Source: Mobula birostris (Eukaryota). From it: a DNA stretch of 64,000 nt. This document shows positions 39,784 to 53,100 of the stretch, in pieces. The translations under genes and the position numbers were made by a program. The notes under the pieces are model-generated. The model did not search any database. It was not told the origin of the DNA and saw nothing but the letters and a program-made list of their open reading frames with translations. How positions within the stretch are numbered: position 1 is the stretch's first letter; every line of letters begins with the position of its first letter. Location: NCBI RefSeq assembly GCF_030028105.1, contig NC_092393.1:23787825-23851824 (forward strand), written 5' to 3'.

Positions 39784-39889
39784 AGTCAACAAAATACCTT
39801 TGAACTACAGTCACTACTATAATGTAGAAAAATGGAGTCAACTAAATACCTTTGAACTACAGTCACTGCTATAATGTAGAAAAATGGAG
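39784..39889 (+). repeat. Tandem duplication of a 52-bp unit (2 copies, 2 mismatches)
   Basis: agtcaacaaaatacctttgaactacagtcactactataatgtagaaaaatgg is repeated from 39836. Confidence 0.92.
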
Positions 39890-41086
39890 GTGCATAACAA
39901 GGTTTCACAAATTCCGATGCAATCCATTAACAGATAATACAGAATGTGATCTGAACTGTTAGTTGGAGAAAGAAAATTGATGGTCACTATTGTTTTTGGA
40001 TTATGCATAACAATCTTATGTACAGCTAAGGCACAGTTCATGCCTAGTGTCTCATCCTTAAGCACCAGCACCAAGAGAATTGCATTCAGCCAAAATCATG
40101 AGTACATCTCTCTCAAAGGAAAATGTTGCCAAAACTGGAACTCTGAATTAAAAGAAACTACAGGAAAGTCAGATGAGGTGGTATGTGCTGGGAGACAAGT
40201 ATTATTTCAAGTGGATAACATTTCTGATCTTCACACAGCAAGGTCATTTAACCTGCAACAAAAGCAATCCAAATTACTGAGCATCTTCTATTTTCAACTC
40301 AAATCCTTATTTGTTCTGGAACTTATTTTCTGATTCAGTGGCAGGAGTGCTATTGATGCTTAATAAGCATCATAATGCCAGAGCAATAAAACTCAGAATT
40401 TACTAACATATATTGCATTGGAAGATATCCTCCAAAATAAAGCTGTTCCAGAAAAGAATTGCACAATAATTCTGTAAGTCAACTGATACTAATTGTAGAC
40501 ACAATACTATTAGATATTTAATACCATATTCCAAATGATACCCCGTTAAAAAAATAACCAGCTCCTTAAAAAGCACTTTAGTCTTACAATACCATTCTAA
40601 AGTTGTTAATGTAGGTTGTCTATTCTATCCTTCCAAAACACAGGTCTAAATATAATACCCTTAGAAAAAGATGAAATATCTTTACATTGTGCTCAATCAA
40701 TGAGACTAATGCAGATGTTTTAGATTAAAATAGAATTTCAAAGCTTGAGTATTCCTTACAACAGTGACATTATGTCCCGTAATTACCTTTCCTATAAAAT
40801 TTAAATGGCGTAAAGAACAAGCTTTCTTTTCGGTGTAATCTTTTACAATAATGTGATCCTAAGACACCTGAGTGATTTTCTGCCCTAATCTTTTACTAGA
40901 ATATTTAATTTTTGAGTTGAAGACAATGTAAATAAAAACAGGGCGTTCTCACAATCATTAAGACATTACGTATTTCGTACACAAGTAAAACGAATTTAAA
41001 AGGAGCCTGCAACCTAAAACAGCAAACATCCTATTTGCTTGCATTCTTATTTGATGTTTGCTTTTTGGTGGGCTGTACCTACTCAC

Positions 41087-41228
41087 CCATGTTGTAACCA
41101 TACGGCGACTCACTGGCTCCATCCTGCAGGCTGGCCAGGATCTCCCCCTTCCCAACATCACTGTCACCCACCAGCAGGAATTTCAGGAGAAAGTCGTAAG
41201 CCTTCACCGGGCTGCCCTTGTTGCTCAT
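41087..41228 (-). CDS. RAB40B: Ras-related protein Rab-40B, coding exon 1 (142 bp)
   Basis: Translates [48 protein letters not shown], the Rab40 N-terminus with the GDSDVGKG P-loop. YDFLL and ILASL match RAB40B rather than RAB40C. Ends at a GTGAGT donor. Head-to-head synteny with FN3KRP matches human 17q25. Confidence 0.95.
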
Positions 41229-41985
41229 CCTCTCACAAACAACGCTCCATACTGGAACGGACTGGCGGCAGTTTATTTCGTTAAGCAAGTAAAAATTCAT
41301 TAAACAAGTTTCAACTCGCCCTACGCCGCCACCATTCACTTTCCAGAGAAAATTCCTCGGGTGGCTCGCGCTGCAACCATTCGCCGTCCAAAACCCACAG
41401 GAAAACCTGTCGTCTCCTCTCCGTCCACACAGATTTACTTCTCACTAACTATTCTAGGCTGCCAAAGGTGCGGTACTCTTCAATGTTTCCCACAGTTCCC
41501 ACTTTAAACCCCTCAGAAGTAGGATGAATACACTCCATCGCTTCTGTACACACACGACTCTCACCCCTCTGCCATCCAGTGTGCTCTGGCGCTTCCATTA
41601 TTGGTTATCATAAAATATAGGCGGTTCCGAGTCCCCAAATTCTATTACACTATTGGTCATCTCGGCTATCAATCATAGACAACACCCGCCCCTCTCCGTT
41701 GTTTACATATCGTATCGCCAGGGGTTTCGGCCACCACTGGGCGCGATGCATTAAGGGAATTGTAGTTCTCTTTGGCAATTAGCCCGCTTTTCGCAAGTCA
41801 GCGAACACGAGTTTAAGTTGCTCCTATTGTAACTAAAAATACCCCCAAATAACTGCAGCTTTAAGTTATGTACATTTAATTCCTCACCGATAGGCATATC
41901 ATTTTTAATATGCATTAAAATCAGGCGATCAATTGACCACTCCTGTTGGAGCTCCGGGAAGGTGATTGGCAGTCGAGAACTGAAG
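41229..41985. promoter_or_regulatory. Bidirectional promoter and 5' UTRs of RAB40B and FN3KRP
   Basis: 757 bp between divergent ATGs, visibly more CpG-rich than the flanks and free of recognisable repeats. Inverted CCAAT boxes (ATTGG at 41600, 41652, 41965) and a GC box CCCGCCCC at 41685-41692. Confidence 0.85.
41748..41766 (-). promoter_or_regulatory. ZNF143 (SBS)/THAP11-type ACTACA motif
   Basis: Minus strand reads ACTACAATTCCCTTAATGC, close to the ACTACAnnTCCCAnnATGC consensus. Confidence 0.75.
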
Positions 41986-42126
41986 ATGGAGAATGTGCTG
42001 AAGAGAGAGCTAAACACAGCTCGCCTGAAGGGATTCGGATATGCAGGGGGTGGGTGTATTAGCCAAGGGCAGAGTTATGAAACGGATTCAGGAAGAGTGT
42101 TTGTCAAAGTCAATCACAAAAGCCAG
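41986..42126 (+). CDS. FN3KRP: Ketosamine-3-kinase / fructosamine-3-kinase-related protein, coding exon 1 (141 bp)
   Basis: AAGATGG Kozak context. MENVLKRELNTARLKGFGYAGGGCISQGQSYETDSGRVFVKVNHKSQ contains the GGGCIS P-loop (C24) and VFVK lysine (K41). CAG|GTTAAT donor. Confidence 0.93.
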
Positions 42127-44508
42127 GTTAATGCATTTACTTTATGGTTTGTATCAATGTTGACATGGCGTATGTGTTTGAGAGAGATGGGGAGGGCCTA
42201 TACTGTTCTCTTAGCATTACAGACGCTGGCAGAAGAACTGAACTCTAAGGAAGAATGGGATATAGTTTGGCGTTCCAGTCCACAAAAAAAGACGCAGGCG
42301 AACGAGTTCACTAAAATAATGGGGGAGGTAAACTTGAATGCAATTTAAGTGAGGTACAGCTTCAAATGAGTGAAATGGATTTCTGACGTATATTGAATCT
42401 TTCATCCAGGAATGATATATGGATGGGTTAAACTTCCAAATAGGAATAGATGAAATTCCGAAAGAGCATTAGTGAATACCACTTTTGAGACTGGCTTAGA
42501 CTTTTAATGAATAGATTAATTTGATAGTATTAATGATATTTCTGAATAGATGTATTTCTGGGAAATTTTTTCGCCACATTTTCTATCTCTGTTGATGTTA
42601 TAGTTAAATAGAAAGGTGAGTGTATTGACAGTTTTACTATAGCTAACAAAAGAACCGATCCAAGAAAATGGAAAAGACCAACTATTGTCAATATGGTTTG
42701 TTTAGTATTTGGATACTTGCTGAAGGGCCTAGACAGCTATACAATTTTTGAGACTCTAAGTTAACACTTGAAGGTCCAGGCAATATTAAATTGCAAAAAG
42801 CACTTTAATCCATAATTCTTTTCATAGGTGCAAAAGGTTTTTTTTTACTACAGTATGTTTAAAATTTAATGTTAAGACAAATATGGTGCCTATTGAAATT
42901 GTTAATGACATTTTTTAAAGATAGTAAAAATAGTCTTGTAAACTGTTAGGGTTTTGAGCCAAAGGCAGGAAGCTAAATTATAATACCGTTACACCATGTT
43001 AAATAGTTTCTCCTTAAAAAGAAAGGTATACCAATTCCATTGAAAACATCATTGATATTCTTGTTTCACTTTTTTTTCTGTGCAGCCAGGAATAACTTTG
43101 ATAAAATTATTTGGTTGGTTTTTATTTGGTCTGGAATCTGAGAGCACATGGAATCCAACTAGTGTATTCAATACAAAATTGTCCTGGTGAAAGGAGGAGA
43201 GTTGTCTTTTGTATTGGGAGGACTCTGACCGGTGGTGTGCCATAGGGATTGTTGTTTCTTATCTGTGTTTATGATTTTAAAGTTCGAAGTACATTCATTA
43301 TCAAAATATGTATACTATATGCAATCTTGTGATTTGTCTCCCTATAGGCAGGCAGGCACAAAACTTAAGAAATCCATTAAAAAAAAAGGCCATTAAACAC
43401 CTGATGTGCAAAAAAAACAGATTATGCAAACAATAAAAGTAAGCAAGTTACATTCAGAACTAAAGCTCATGAAAGTGAGTTCACAGCCACGAAGCCAGTC
43501 ATCACTGCAGCCGGTCCAGGAGCCCGTTAGTTGCAGGCGACAGCCTCAGTTCAGTGCAGAGACGAGTAAACCTTACAGGGCAGCAAGCTGAACACTGGCC
43601 TGTCCATCACGTCCAGCTCCAACACCCTAACCTTTTCAATCTGACCTGGTATGCATGTCAGCCAACCATCGGCTTTTTCCATGCTCTTGGACCTGGGCCC
43701 AATGTCTTGATTTGCCGCATACCTGACCTTTTCCATCTGGCTCGGCTCATTCCTCACTCTCAGGTCTGAGCCCCACTGCGTTGATTCTGCCTGGCCTCCC
43801 CTTGGATCTGTTGTTTTGATTGGCTCCAAGTCTGTTTTATCAATGGCCAAACATTGGCTTATTTCTCGGGCTTGGGACTAGGCCTCGCCATCTCAGTTTG
43901 GCCACAACCATCCTGCACCTTCATGGTTTCAGTTCACACAACAAAAATGCCAGGTTGTACAGGCGGTTCAAAAGTTCAACTCTGAAAAGGAAATTACAGG
44001 CTATTGATTACAGTGATAACTGTCTACGAACAGTGCGATTAATAGTGTAGTTAGTAGTTTTGTTTGCTGCCAGTAAGGCGTTGCTGTGTTAATAAGGTTG
44101 TTAATTTGTTTAGTAGAATCAGCCAAAATGCCAAAGTTGATGGTGTAGAGGTGAAGGGGGTTACAAAGTTTACAAGGGTTCTAGACCAACTTGGGAAATG
44201 AGCCAGAGAACAGCAAATGGAATTTAATTTGGACAGGTGTGAAGTGTTGCACTTTGGTAAGTTAAACCAGGGCAGGACTTGAACAGTAAATGGTAGGGCC
44301 CTAGAAAATGATGTTGAACATTCTTTTCATATGGGTACAAGGAATATGATTTTATTTGCTTAAGCACTGTACCTCTCTGATATGTTAATCTTATTTTTGT
44401 TCTGGAGCTAGTGTCTATTGTTCTGTCACAGTTTCGGGAATACGTATAGTAAGGAAAAATATTTGTATCACTGTAAAGTTAACAGCTTATACAAGATGTG
44501 TCTGCATA

Positions 44509-44563
<55 letters not shown>
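44509..44563 (+). repeat. (TC)6(AC)~21 compound microsatellite
   Basis: Read directly. Confidence 0.97.
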
Positions 44564-44564
<1 letters not shown>

Positions 44565-45619
44565 TTTAGGTTGAAGATGCTTTATTAGAACTGGTGAAGG
44601 GAGAAAACAAATTGGTTTGAAATTGCAGAGGTGGTGAGGGAAGGAGTGGTGGACAAAGGGAATATCTTAGATCGAGTGAAGTCAGTGTTGCCGTGAGGAT
44701 AAGATGGCGGTCATTTATTTGATGGATTAATGAAAATAGTTGTTGAGAAAATGAACAAAATATATGATTTTTTAAGTTTCCAATAACTGCAATTTTTTAC
44801 TTTAATTTAAAACATGATTTACTTTGACACTACAATTTGTTCTTTATATTCCTTTCATATTTTCTTTCATTTTGATATTTTTCAGTTACTGTCAGACCAA
44901 GAGAGTTGCTTAATGGTTCATTGATGAGCTGACCTCAGAACTACCTTTGACCTCTCGGTCAAGGAAGGAAAAAATTCATCATTATTCTTGTTCTTGATTG
45001 CCACACAGCATACCATGCTTGGATTTAAACAGGTCTCATAAGAACTTCTTCTTTACAAACCTACCCTGCACTTAATGCCTGCTTGCTTCTAAGGTGGACA
45101 TTTATAAGGTGCAAAAGTTAATTTCATGAACTGATGTTTGTATACCCATATTAAACCAAAGCATTTCTGTGAGCTATCTAACCCTAACTACCTATGAGCG
45201 ATATAGAGGCTGCACTGATTAAATATGTGTGACTGGTGCACATAACTACCATTATCACTTTGTGTAACTGATCTGTGAATCCATAGCTGTTTAACAACTT
45301 ATTTGCTCATCAAGAAAGATTTTTAAATTGTAATTTCATTTAATTTATTTTTCTACTCAACTCTGTTGTTTTGGAGTTAAGAAAAATGGATCTCATCAGC
45401 AGCTTGATCTGTTATATTTGTGAGTCATTATTTTTGTTGCCCAATTTAAATTTTAAGTTAAAAGAAACTTTTATAAGACCATAAAGTAATGGCAAAAATT
45501 GAATAGGTAATTATAAAACTGCACCTGCATTATCTATTTGTATTTCTGCTATAAGAGTCACTAGGATGCTTGTCTCTACCTTGTTTCTTTATTCACGTCA
45601 GTGGGATGAGCATAAAAGT

Positions 45620-47095
45620 CAACAGGAATCAAAATCAGGTTTAATTTCACTGGATTATGTTGTGAAATCAGTTTTATGGCAGTGGTACAGTGCAGTACAT
45701 TTAAAAAATTATAAATTGCAACAAGAAGTATAAATAAGTGGTGCAAAAAGAGAACAAAAAAATTGTAGGGTAGTTTTCATGGGTTGGTTCATTTTCCATT
45801 CAGAAATCTGATGGTGGAGGGGAAGAAGCTGTTTGTAAAACATTGAATGTATGTCTTCAAGCTCCTGTACCTCCTAACTGATGGTGTCAATGAGAAGAGG
45901 GCATGTCCTGGGAGATGGGGGCCCTTAATGATGGATACCACCTTGTTGAGGCTTAGTCTTTTTACGTCCTTGATGCTGGCGAGCCTAGTGCCATGATGAA
46001 ATTGGCTGAGTTTACAACCTTCTGCAGCTTTTCTGATCCTGTGCAGTGGCCTCTCCATATCAGTTGGATGATACATTTGTAGAAATTTCTGAGAGTCTTT
46101 GGTGATATACCAAGTCTTCTCAAACTCCAAATGAAGTATAGCTGCTATTGTGCTGCCTTTGTAATTGCATTAGCATGTTGGGGCCAGGATAGATTTCAGG
46201 GATGTTGACACCCAAGAACTTGAAACTGCTCACCCTATCCACTGTCGCTCCCTCAATAAGGACTGGTGTATGTTCCCTTGGATTCCCCTTCATGAAGTCC
46301 ACAATCATTCCGTTGATCTTACAGTTATTGAGTACAAGGTTGTTGTTGCGACACCACCCAATCAGCTGGTCTATTACACTATTGTATGACTCCTTGTCAT
46401 CATCTGAGATTCTGCCAACAGCAGTTATGTCATCTGTAAATTTATAGATGGCGTTTGAGCTGTGTCTTGCCACACAGTCGTGGGTCTAGAGAGAGTAGAG
46501 CAGTGGGCTAAGCACATATCCTTGAGGTGCGTCGGTATTGATTGTTAGTGAGGCGGAGATGACGTTTCTGATGTGCACTGATTGTCCAATGAGGAAGTCA
46601 AGGATCCAGTTGCAGAGAGAGGTGGAGAGGCCCTGGATTTGAAGCTCGATTTTTACTGTGAGTATGATGGTGTTGAACACTGATTTGTAATCAATAAACA
46701 GCAGCCTGGTGTACATATTGCTGTTGTTCAGGGGATCCAAGGCTGAGTGGAGAGCCAGGGAGATTGTATCCACTGTACACCCTTTGTGGTGGTAGGCAAA
46801 TTGCAATGGGGTCAGGTCTTTGTTTAGGCAGGAATTGGTTCTGGCTATGACTAACCCCTCAAAGCACTTCATCACAGTAGATAGCAGAACAACTGGGCAA
46901 TGTTCGTTGAGGCAGCTCACCCTGTTCGTCGTGGGAACTAGTATGATTGGTACCCTTTTGAAGCAGGTGGGAATCTTGGATTGCAGTCGTGAGAGATTGA
47001 AGAATCCTTGAACACCCTGCTGGTTGGTTGACACAAGTTTTCATTTCCCTGCCATTGGAGCCTGATGCCTTGCTAGGATTCGCCCTCTTGAAAGA
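45620..47095 (-). mobile_element. Rex1/Babar LINE, RT region and 3' end
   Basis: IPTCFK, VMKCFE, PLQFAY, LFIDYKSVFNTI, PQGYVLSPLLYSL, IYKFTDD, FKFLGV and NSFFP motifs. Confidence 0.92.
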
Positions 47096-47174
47096 GTCTG
47101 AGGAAAATGAATTAAAGGTCAGTTGATAAAGAGATTATGCTGCTAGACATCATAATTGGAGATCCTAAGTTTTT

Positions 47175-48110
47175 GGAACATATAACAGCATAGCACAGGA
47201 ACAAGCCCTTTGGTCCACATTGTTTGTGCTGAACATGATGCCGAAGTAAACTAGTTCTCTTCTGCCTGTATAGTGACAATTAAACGGTACAGCACAGACA
47301 ACAGTCCCTTCAGCCTGTGATGTTGTGCTGAGCTAATTAAACTAATTTATTTTGCCTGCACATTGTTCATGTTTTTTTTCTCTGCATATTCACATGTCTG
47401 AGAGCCTCTTAAATACCTCTATAGTATCTGCCTCCACTACTACCCAGGCACCCACCACTCTTTTTGTTTTTTTAAAGTAAAATAGTTGCCTTGCACATTT
47501 TCATTGAACTCCCCCCCCCCCCCACCACCTTAAGTGTATTCCCTCTAGTATTAGCTATTTCAACGTTGAGAAAAAGATATAGGCTGTCTACTCTAACTAT
47601 GCCTTGCATAATATAAAAACTTCTATGAGGTTTCCCCTCAGTCTCTGCTGCTCCAGAGTAAACAGTCCGAGTTTGTGTAACCTCTCTTGATAGCACATGC
47701 CCTCTAATCCAGACAGCATTCAACATCACTCGAGATGAAGGGCCTCAACTTGAAATGTTGACAATCTATTTCTCTCCAATGATGCAGTCTAACCTACTAT
47801 GTTGCTCCAGATCACAGCATTTGAAGTCTCTTGTGTCAACATTTTTGTAAGCCTCTTCCGCACTCTCTCCAAAGTCTCCACACCCTCCTTGTAATGGTGC
47901 AACCAGAGTTGAATGGAGCTCAGAAAAATAGAGGGCTATGGGTAACCCGAGGTAATTTCTACAGTAAAGACATGTTCGGCACAGCTTTGTGGGCCGGAGG
48001 GCCTGTATTGTGCTGTAGGTTTTGTATGTTTCTATGTTTCTATTGCAAATGTAGCATAACCAGAGTTTTATAAAGTTGCAACATAACCTCTGGATTCTTG
48101 AGCTCAGCAA
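47175..48110. mobile_element. Cluster of CR1 3' ends (minus) with a decayed Penelope end (~47725-47830) and a plus-strand CR1 tail (47914-48042)
   Basis: gaacatataacagcatagcacagg termini, gatgaagggcctcaacttgaaatgttgac, and a tgtatgtttctatgtttcta tail nearly identical to 36845-36968. Confidence 0.7.
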
Positions 48111-48769
48111 AAGACCAGCAAGCAAGTTTCTTTGTATAGCACTTTTCAAACACAAGGCAGTTCATTAAGTGTTCTACATAGAACAAAATATAGAAATCAA
48201 ACATCAAGTTTCAGATGATATATAAGAGACTAAAATCACACAAAAAATAGATATGATAAGTAGAAGTTACAGTGCAGGGGATTCTAGTTAAAAGCTACAG
48301 TGAAAAGAAAAGTTTTAACCCTTGATTTAAAAGACCTTAAAGTTGGGGTAGACTTCAGGTCCTCTGGAAGGTCATTCTGGATACATGGATCAGAATAAGA
48401 AAGCTGCTTCACCATGTTTAGTTTCCTAAGGACAGTAAGTAGACCTGCCCCAGATGGCCTGAGAGCTTGGAAAGGAAGGGTCCTATCATTTCTTCAATGC
48501 TTTTCTCTTACACTAGACCTCCCAAAGTGTAGCTCCTCATACTTGCTCGGATCAAACCCCATTTGCCATTTTCCTGCCATATCTGTACTGATTGTTTGAT
48601 TATATCCTTTAAAAGTCCTCTACACTATCCACAACTCTACATTTGGTTGCTATTCTCTGTTAAAGCTAATTTCACAGGAAGAACAGGATAAGTACCACAA
48701 CTAGTGTTGGTGGCTGCCTTGCTTTCCACTGATGAATCGGTGCTGAGTGAGTGTAAAATTTGATCAAAG

Positions 48770-49440
48770 TCAAACTAAAATTTATTATCAAGGTATGTAT
48801 GTGTTTCCATATTCTACCTTAAGATTAATTTTCTTGCAGGAATTTACAGAAAAAGTAACACAATAAAATTTACCAAAGACTACACATAAACAAAGATTGA
48901 CAAACAACCAATGTTCAAAAGATGACAGATTGTGCAAATAAAAAATGAATACTGAGAACATCGAGTTGTAAAAAGGCCTAGAAAGTGTGTGTGTACAGTA
49001 GGTTGTAGAATCAGTTCAAAGTTGTAAGTGAAATTATCCACACCACTTCCTGAACCTGAAGATTGGAGGGTAACTATTTCTAAACCTGGTGGTGTGGGAC
49101 TTAAAGGCTTTCGTACTTGCTGCCCAGTGGTAGGAGCAGAAAGAGAGCATAGTCTGGATGGTGGGGATCCTCGATGATGGATGCTGTTTTCTTGTGGCAG
49201 TCCTCCTTGTAAGTGCGCACAATGGTAGAGAGGCCTGTGATGGACTGGGTTGTATCCACCACTTTCTGTTTCTTGGCATTGGTATTTACGTATCAGGCTG
49301 TGATGCAACTAGTTAAGATACTCTCCAATGTACAAATGTCGAAGTTTGTCAAAGGTTTTGGTGACATGCCAAATCTACACAAACATCTAAGAAAGTAAAG
49401 GCACTGTGCTTTCTTTGAAATAACATTTTTGTGCTGGTCC
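48770..49440 (-). mobile_element. Rex1/Babar 3' fragment
   Basis: KSHTTRFRNSY motif and a terminal region like the other Rex copies. Confidence 0.7.
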
Positions 49441-49529
49441 CATGACATATCCACTGACATAACAATGATATGATAAGGAATTTACAGCTATTAACCTCAA
49501 ATCCAGAAAAACTCAAAATTTTTAGAGCA

Positions 49530-50190
49530 TGAAACATAGAACAGTACTGCATAGGAACAGATCCATTTGGGCACAATCAAATATCAAATCAATTAAATTA
49601 GTTGTCAAATAGCCAACTAAATTAATCCCTTCTGCCGACGAAATGTCCATATCCTTTCATTTCACTTACATTCTTGTGGCTACCTAAATGTCCCTTAAAA
49701 GTCCTTACTGTATCTGCCTCTTCAACCACTCCGGGCACTGCATTCCAGACGCCCACCACTCCCCGTGTTAAAAAAAACTTGCCCCTTGTATTTTTTTTTA
49801 CCTTGTCCCCTCTCACCTTAAATGCAATGTTAGATAGGCCAACCCTTGGGGGAAAAAAAGATACTGGATGTCTACTCCATCTACACCTTTCATAATATTA
49901 TAAACCTCTGTTAGAATTTCCCCTCAGCCTCCATCACTCCAAATAAATCAACCTGTTTGTCCAGCCTCTCATTATAGCACGTGCCCTCTAATCTAGCCAA
50001 CATCCTGGTAAACCTCTTCTGCACCCTCTCCAAAGCCTCGACATCCTTCCTATAATGGGGTGATCAGATCTGTATACAATACTCCAGATGCAGCCTAACT
50101 TGGAGTTTCATAAAGATGCAACATAACTTCCTGTCTGTTGAACGCAGTGCCTTGACTAATTAAAGCCAAGCATGCCATATGCCTTCTTAA
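49530..50190 (-). mobile_element. CR1 3' fragment
   Basis: TRGVVGVWNAVP motif, with gaaacatagaacagtac at the tail. Confidence 0.8.
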
Positions 50191-53100
50191 AATGTAGTTC
50201 TTAGAATCTTTACTATCAAGAATATAGCTATTTGGGTGCGTAAGACCAATATTTGTGTAGCTTTAGACTTGTAGGAGTCAACACCATAAATATGAGGGAA
50301 AGCATTAAGGGTGATTTGCCTTTCACAGGTGTAACAATCTGTGTGCCTTGACAACCAGTGCACATGGTTGAATCACAGAATTTGTAGGGCAAGAGGAACC
50401 CATTTGACCTACGGAAAATTTCTTATGCAGATTGTACTGCAGGAGCTTTTGATTCTCTTAACAGTCATTTAAATTGTCCTTGCACCAGGTCCTCCCCTGC
50501 GCTAGGACCCAGGCGCCGCTGCAGTGATACACTCAGAGCCTGGATTCCACTGCCATGTTCTGGCCCATACCCAACCTTTCCAAATTGGCCTCACGTTTAG
50601 GTGGATTGAAGCTCACTCTCAGTTTAGGTAGATGGGCTGCAAAACTCCTCCACTCCAACATTCCTCCATTCTGCTCACTCTGACTTTGACTCTGTCTCAG
50701 ACATGCCTCGACCTCACTCCAACCATTTCTACTCGAAGATGCCTCGACTACACTTCAACTTTGCATCGCACCCACATGTCTTGACCCTCGAGTCAGTCTT
50801 TGTTCTCCTCTTCATTGTTTGCAGTGATAGTTTACACAGTTTAGCTGCTAACGGAAATAATATTGTGCTAAACTCTTATTTTCTTATGATTTCATTAGAG
50901 AAGAAAACTAACTTATTTTCTTTGGGCCATGACCTCTTATTTCACATTTAATGAGAGTCAAATTTCATTTCATCTTTTTGAAAATATATTTTAACCAAAG
51001 TCTTCTAATCAAAAAGTCATCTTATCTGACTAGTTTTTATCACTTGTTATTAAGCTAATGTAGCCCTTACCACCATCTGATCTTCCAACATCACCTGCTT
51101 TGAGTTCATCTCCACAATATCAGTATTATGTTTAAATCCACCTTATGATTCATATTAGATATATTTTGTCTGTTTAAATGTTTGTCACAGTGTTAATGCA
51201 ATGATTTTAAAATCTGAAATGGATGACATTTTTTATGTGTAACAGATCTGCAATGTTAATTCGTAATCTTAATTGTTGCTTCAAGATATAAATATGTGTG
51301 GATTTTAAGTCAGCATTTTCATAGTTTTGCCTTCAAACTCAGGAAATAGAGCACTTCTGGAATTTCTATTTCTGTGTCACTGCATGTGGAAATTGTGAAG
51401 TTGCTCTTGGTTATTTAGTGCAGTTGAGCAGCTTCTGCCACCTCTAGCTTTCTCCACCACAATTGAGGGAAATGTTTTGAATGGACATAAACATTTTTGC
51501 AAATTAGTCCCTCTGTAAAATACTTTGACGATTTATTTTATTGCACAAACACTCTGAGTTACTAATGTTATACTAAGGTTAAATTAATATTTAGGAAACT
51601 GCTGCCTCCTTTAATTTTTAAATTTTTTATAGAGTGTAATTCTCTCTCTAATATTTCAAAAGCATAAGGGATTTTATAATGTTCTTTGTAATACTTCAGC
51701 ATTAACCTAGTGTATGTTTATATTTGTTTAAAAATTTGTTTTTACTTCATAGTCTGTGTGGATCATAAAATGTAATCAATTATTCAGCTGGTTTGATGAT
51801 ATCATTCTTTGAAGCCAAGGTTTCCTTTTGAATCATGCCTGACTGTAACAGCTGGCAGAAATGATTAAATTTTGGTCAAAATAATGCAGGAAATTATCTC
51901 TGTTCTATCTGAAAATGAACTAGTTCTGTATTGTTGTGCAATTCTTCTTACGGGATTGGTAGATTTTAAACTAAGAGAATTGGTGTTTATTAATTGCCTC
52001 TTCTTGAAACAACGGGACCTCATTGAAGGAGAGACTATTTCAGGATTAGCAAGCCTATGCTAAGGTGAAAATTGGATTTACAAGTGCTTCACTGAGAACT
52101 TAACAAAACACGTTTTTCACTTTGCCATCGGTGGAAAGTGAACAGAAAAAGTGCTTATGTAAGCTGAGATTTTACATTTATGATGTTTCTCGGTTTAACT
52201 TGTAAATTAATGTTACTTAATTTTAGCTTGTCATTCATCAGAGTTGTAATGTCTTAATGAGTAAACTAAATTTTGCTCTGATCTATTTAGGGTAATTTAT
52301 TTAGGTTCTATCATGCTATGTAAAATACAAAACCAGGTGTTTACTCTCATTAGATAGTATCCTGAAATCAATGATAACTTCCACTCCAGTTCTGAGGTGG
52401 CTGACAAGCCATTATGTGAGTAGAACATTCTGCCTTGGGTTTGGAGGAAGCGCTGGACAGCATGCGTGGCTTAGTTTAGGAGGTGGTGTGCTCCTTCTTC
52501 TGTTTACGCTGGATTTCATTGTGTTCCTGGTTGTACTCCAATTCCTGTTCCTGAGAACTTAATTCTCAGTGCCATCCTTAATTCTTTTCCATCTTGTACA
52601 TCTACGTGCCAGGGATTCCAATATAATGTCACATTATTTTCATGGATGCTGAGAAGCATCTATGATTGTTTTTCACTGTTTTGATAGACGTTTATATGGA
52701 GTCCCCATTTCACAAATCTGGTGAATGATGTGGCCTATCTGTTGAAGCTTGTTGATGGTCATCAGAATTTGGGATGGTGCCCTGGGAGAGCACAGTGAAG
52801 ATGGTTTGTATATGTTGCTCATAGATTAGGGAAAAAAGTTGTGAATGCAACCTTGGCAGAATTTATCCACTGTTTTTGAGGTGCATGGTTAGATCTTGGA
52901 AGTGTACAGGAAGGCAGGGATCCCAGCTTGCCTAGGAGACTAGGAGATGTGGATCTTCAAAGTCTCTTCCTCAAAAGTTGAAAGGCTCTACTAGTACACT
53001 AAAGGTAATAGTGAAGTTCATCGTTGAGTCTGCTTTTGCTGAGAGGCAGCTCCTGAGATATGGGAACTGATTAATTTTTTTTTACAATCTTACTGTGACA

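Noticed and set aside
39784-39889. CRISPR-like or prokaryotic system
   Set aside because: Only two abutting units with no spacers. The window is spliced eukaryotic DNA with no cas or operon-like genes.
42127-42348. Read-through extension of the FN3KRP exon 1 ORF
   Set aside because: Homology stops at the CAG|GT donor and resumes in exon 2 at 54589, so the extension is intronic.
47725-47770. Additional hammerhead-like remnants (also near 2905, 12675, 56030)
   Set aside because: Core boxes are too decayed to call as ribozymes. Treated as old Penelope-end relics.
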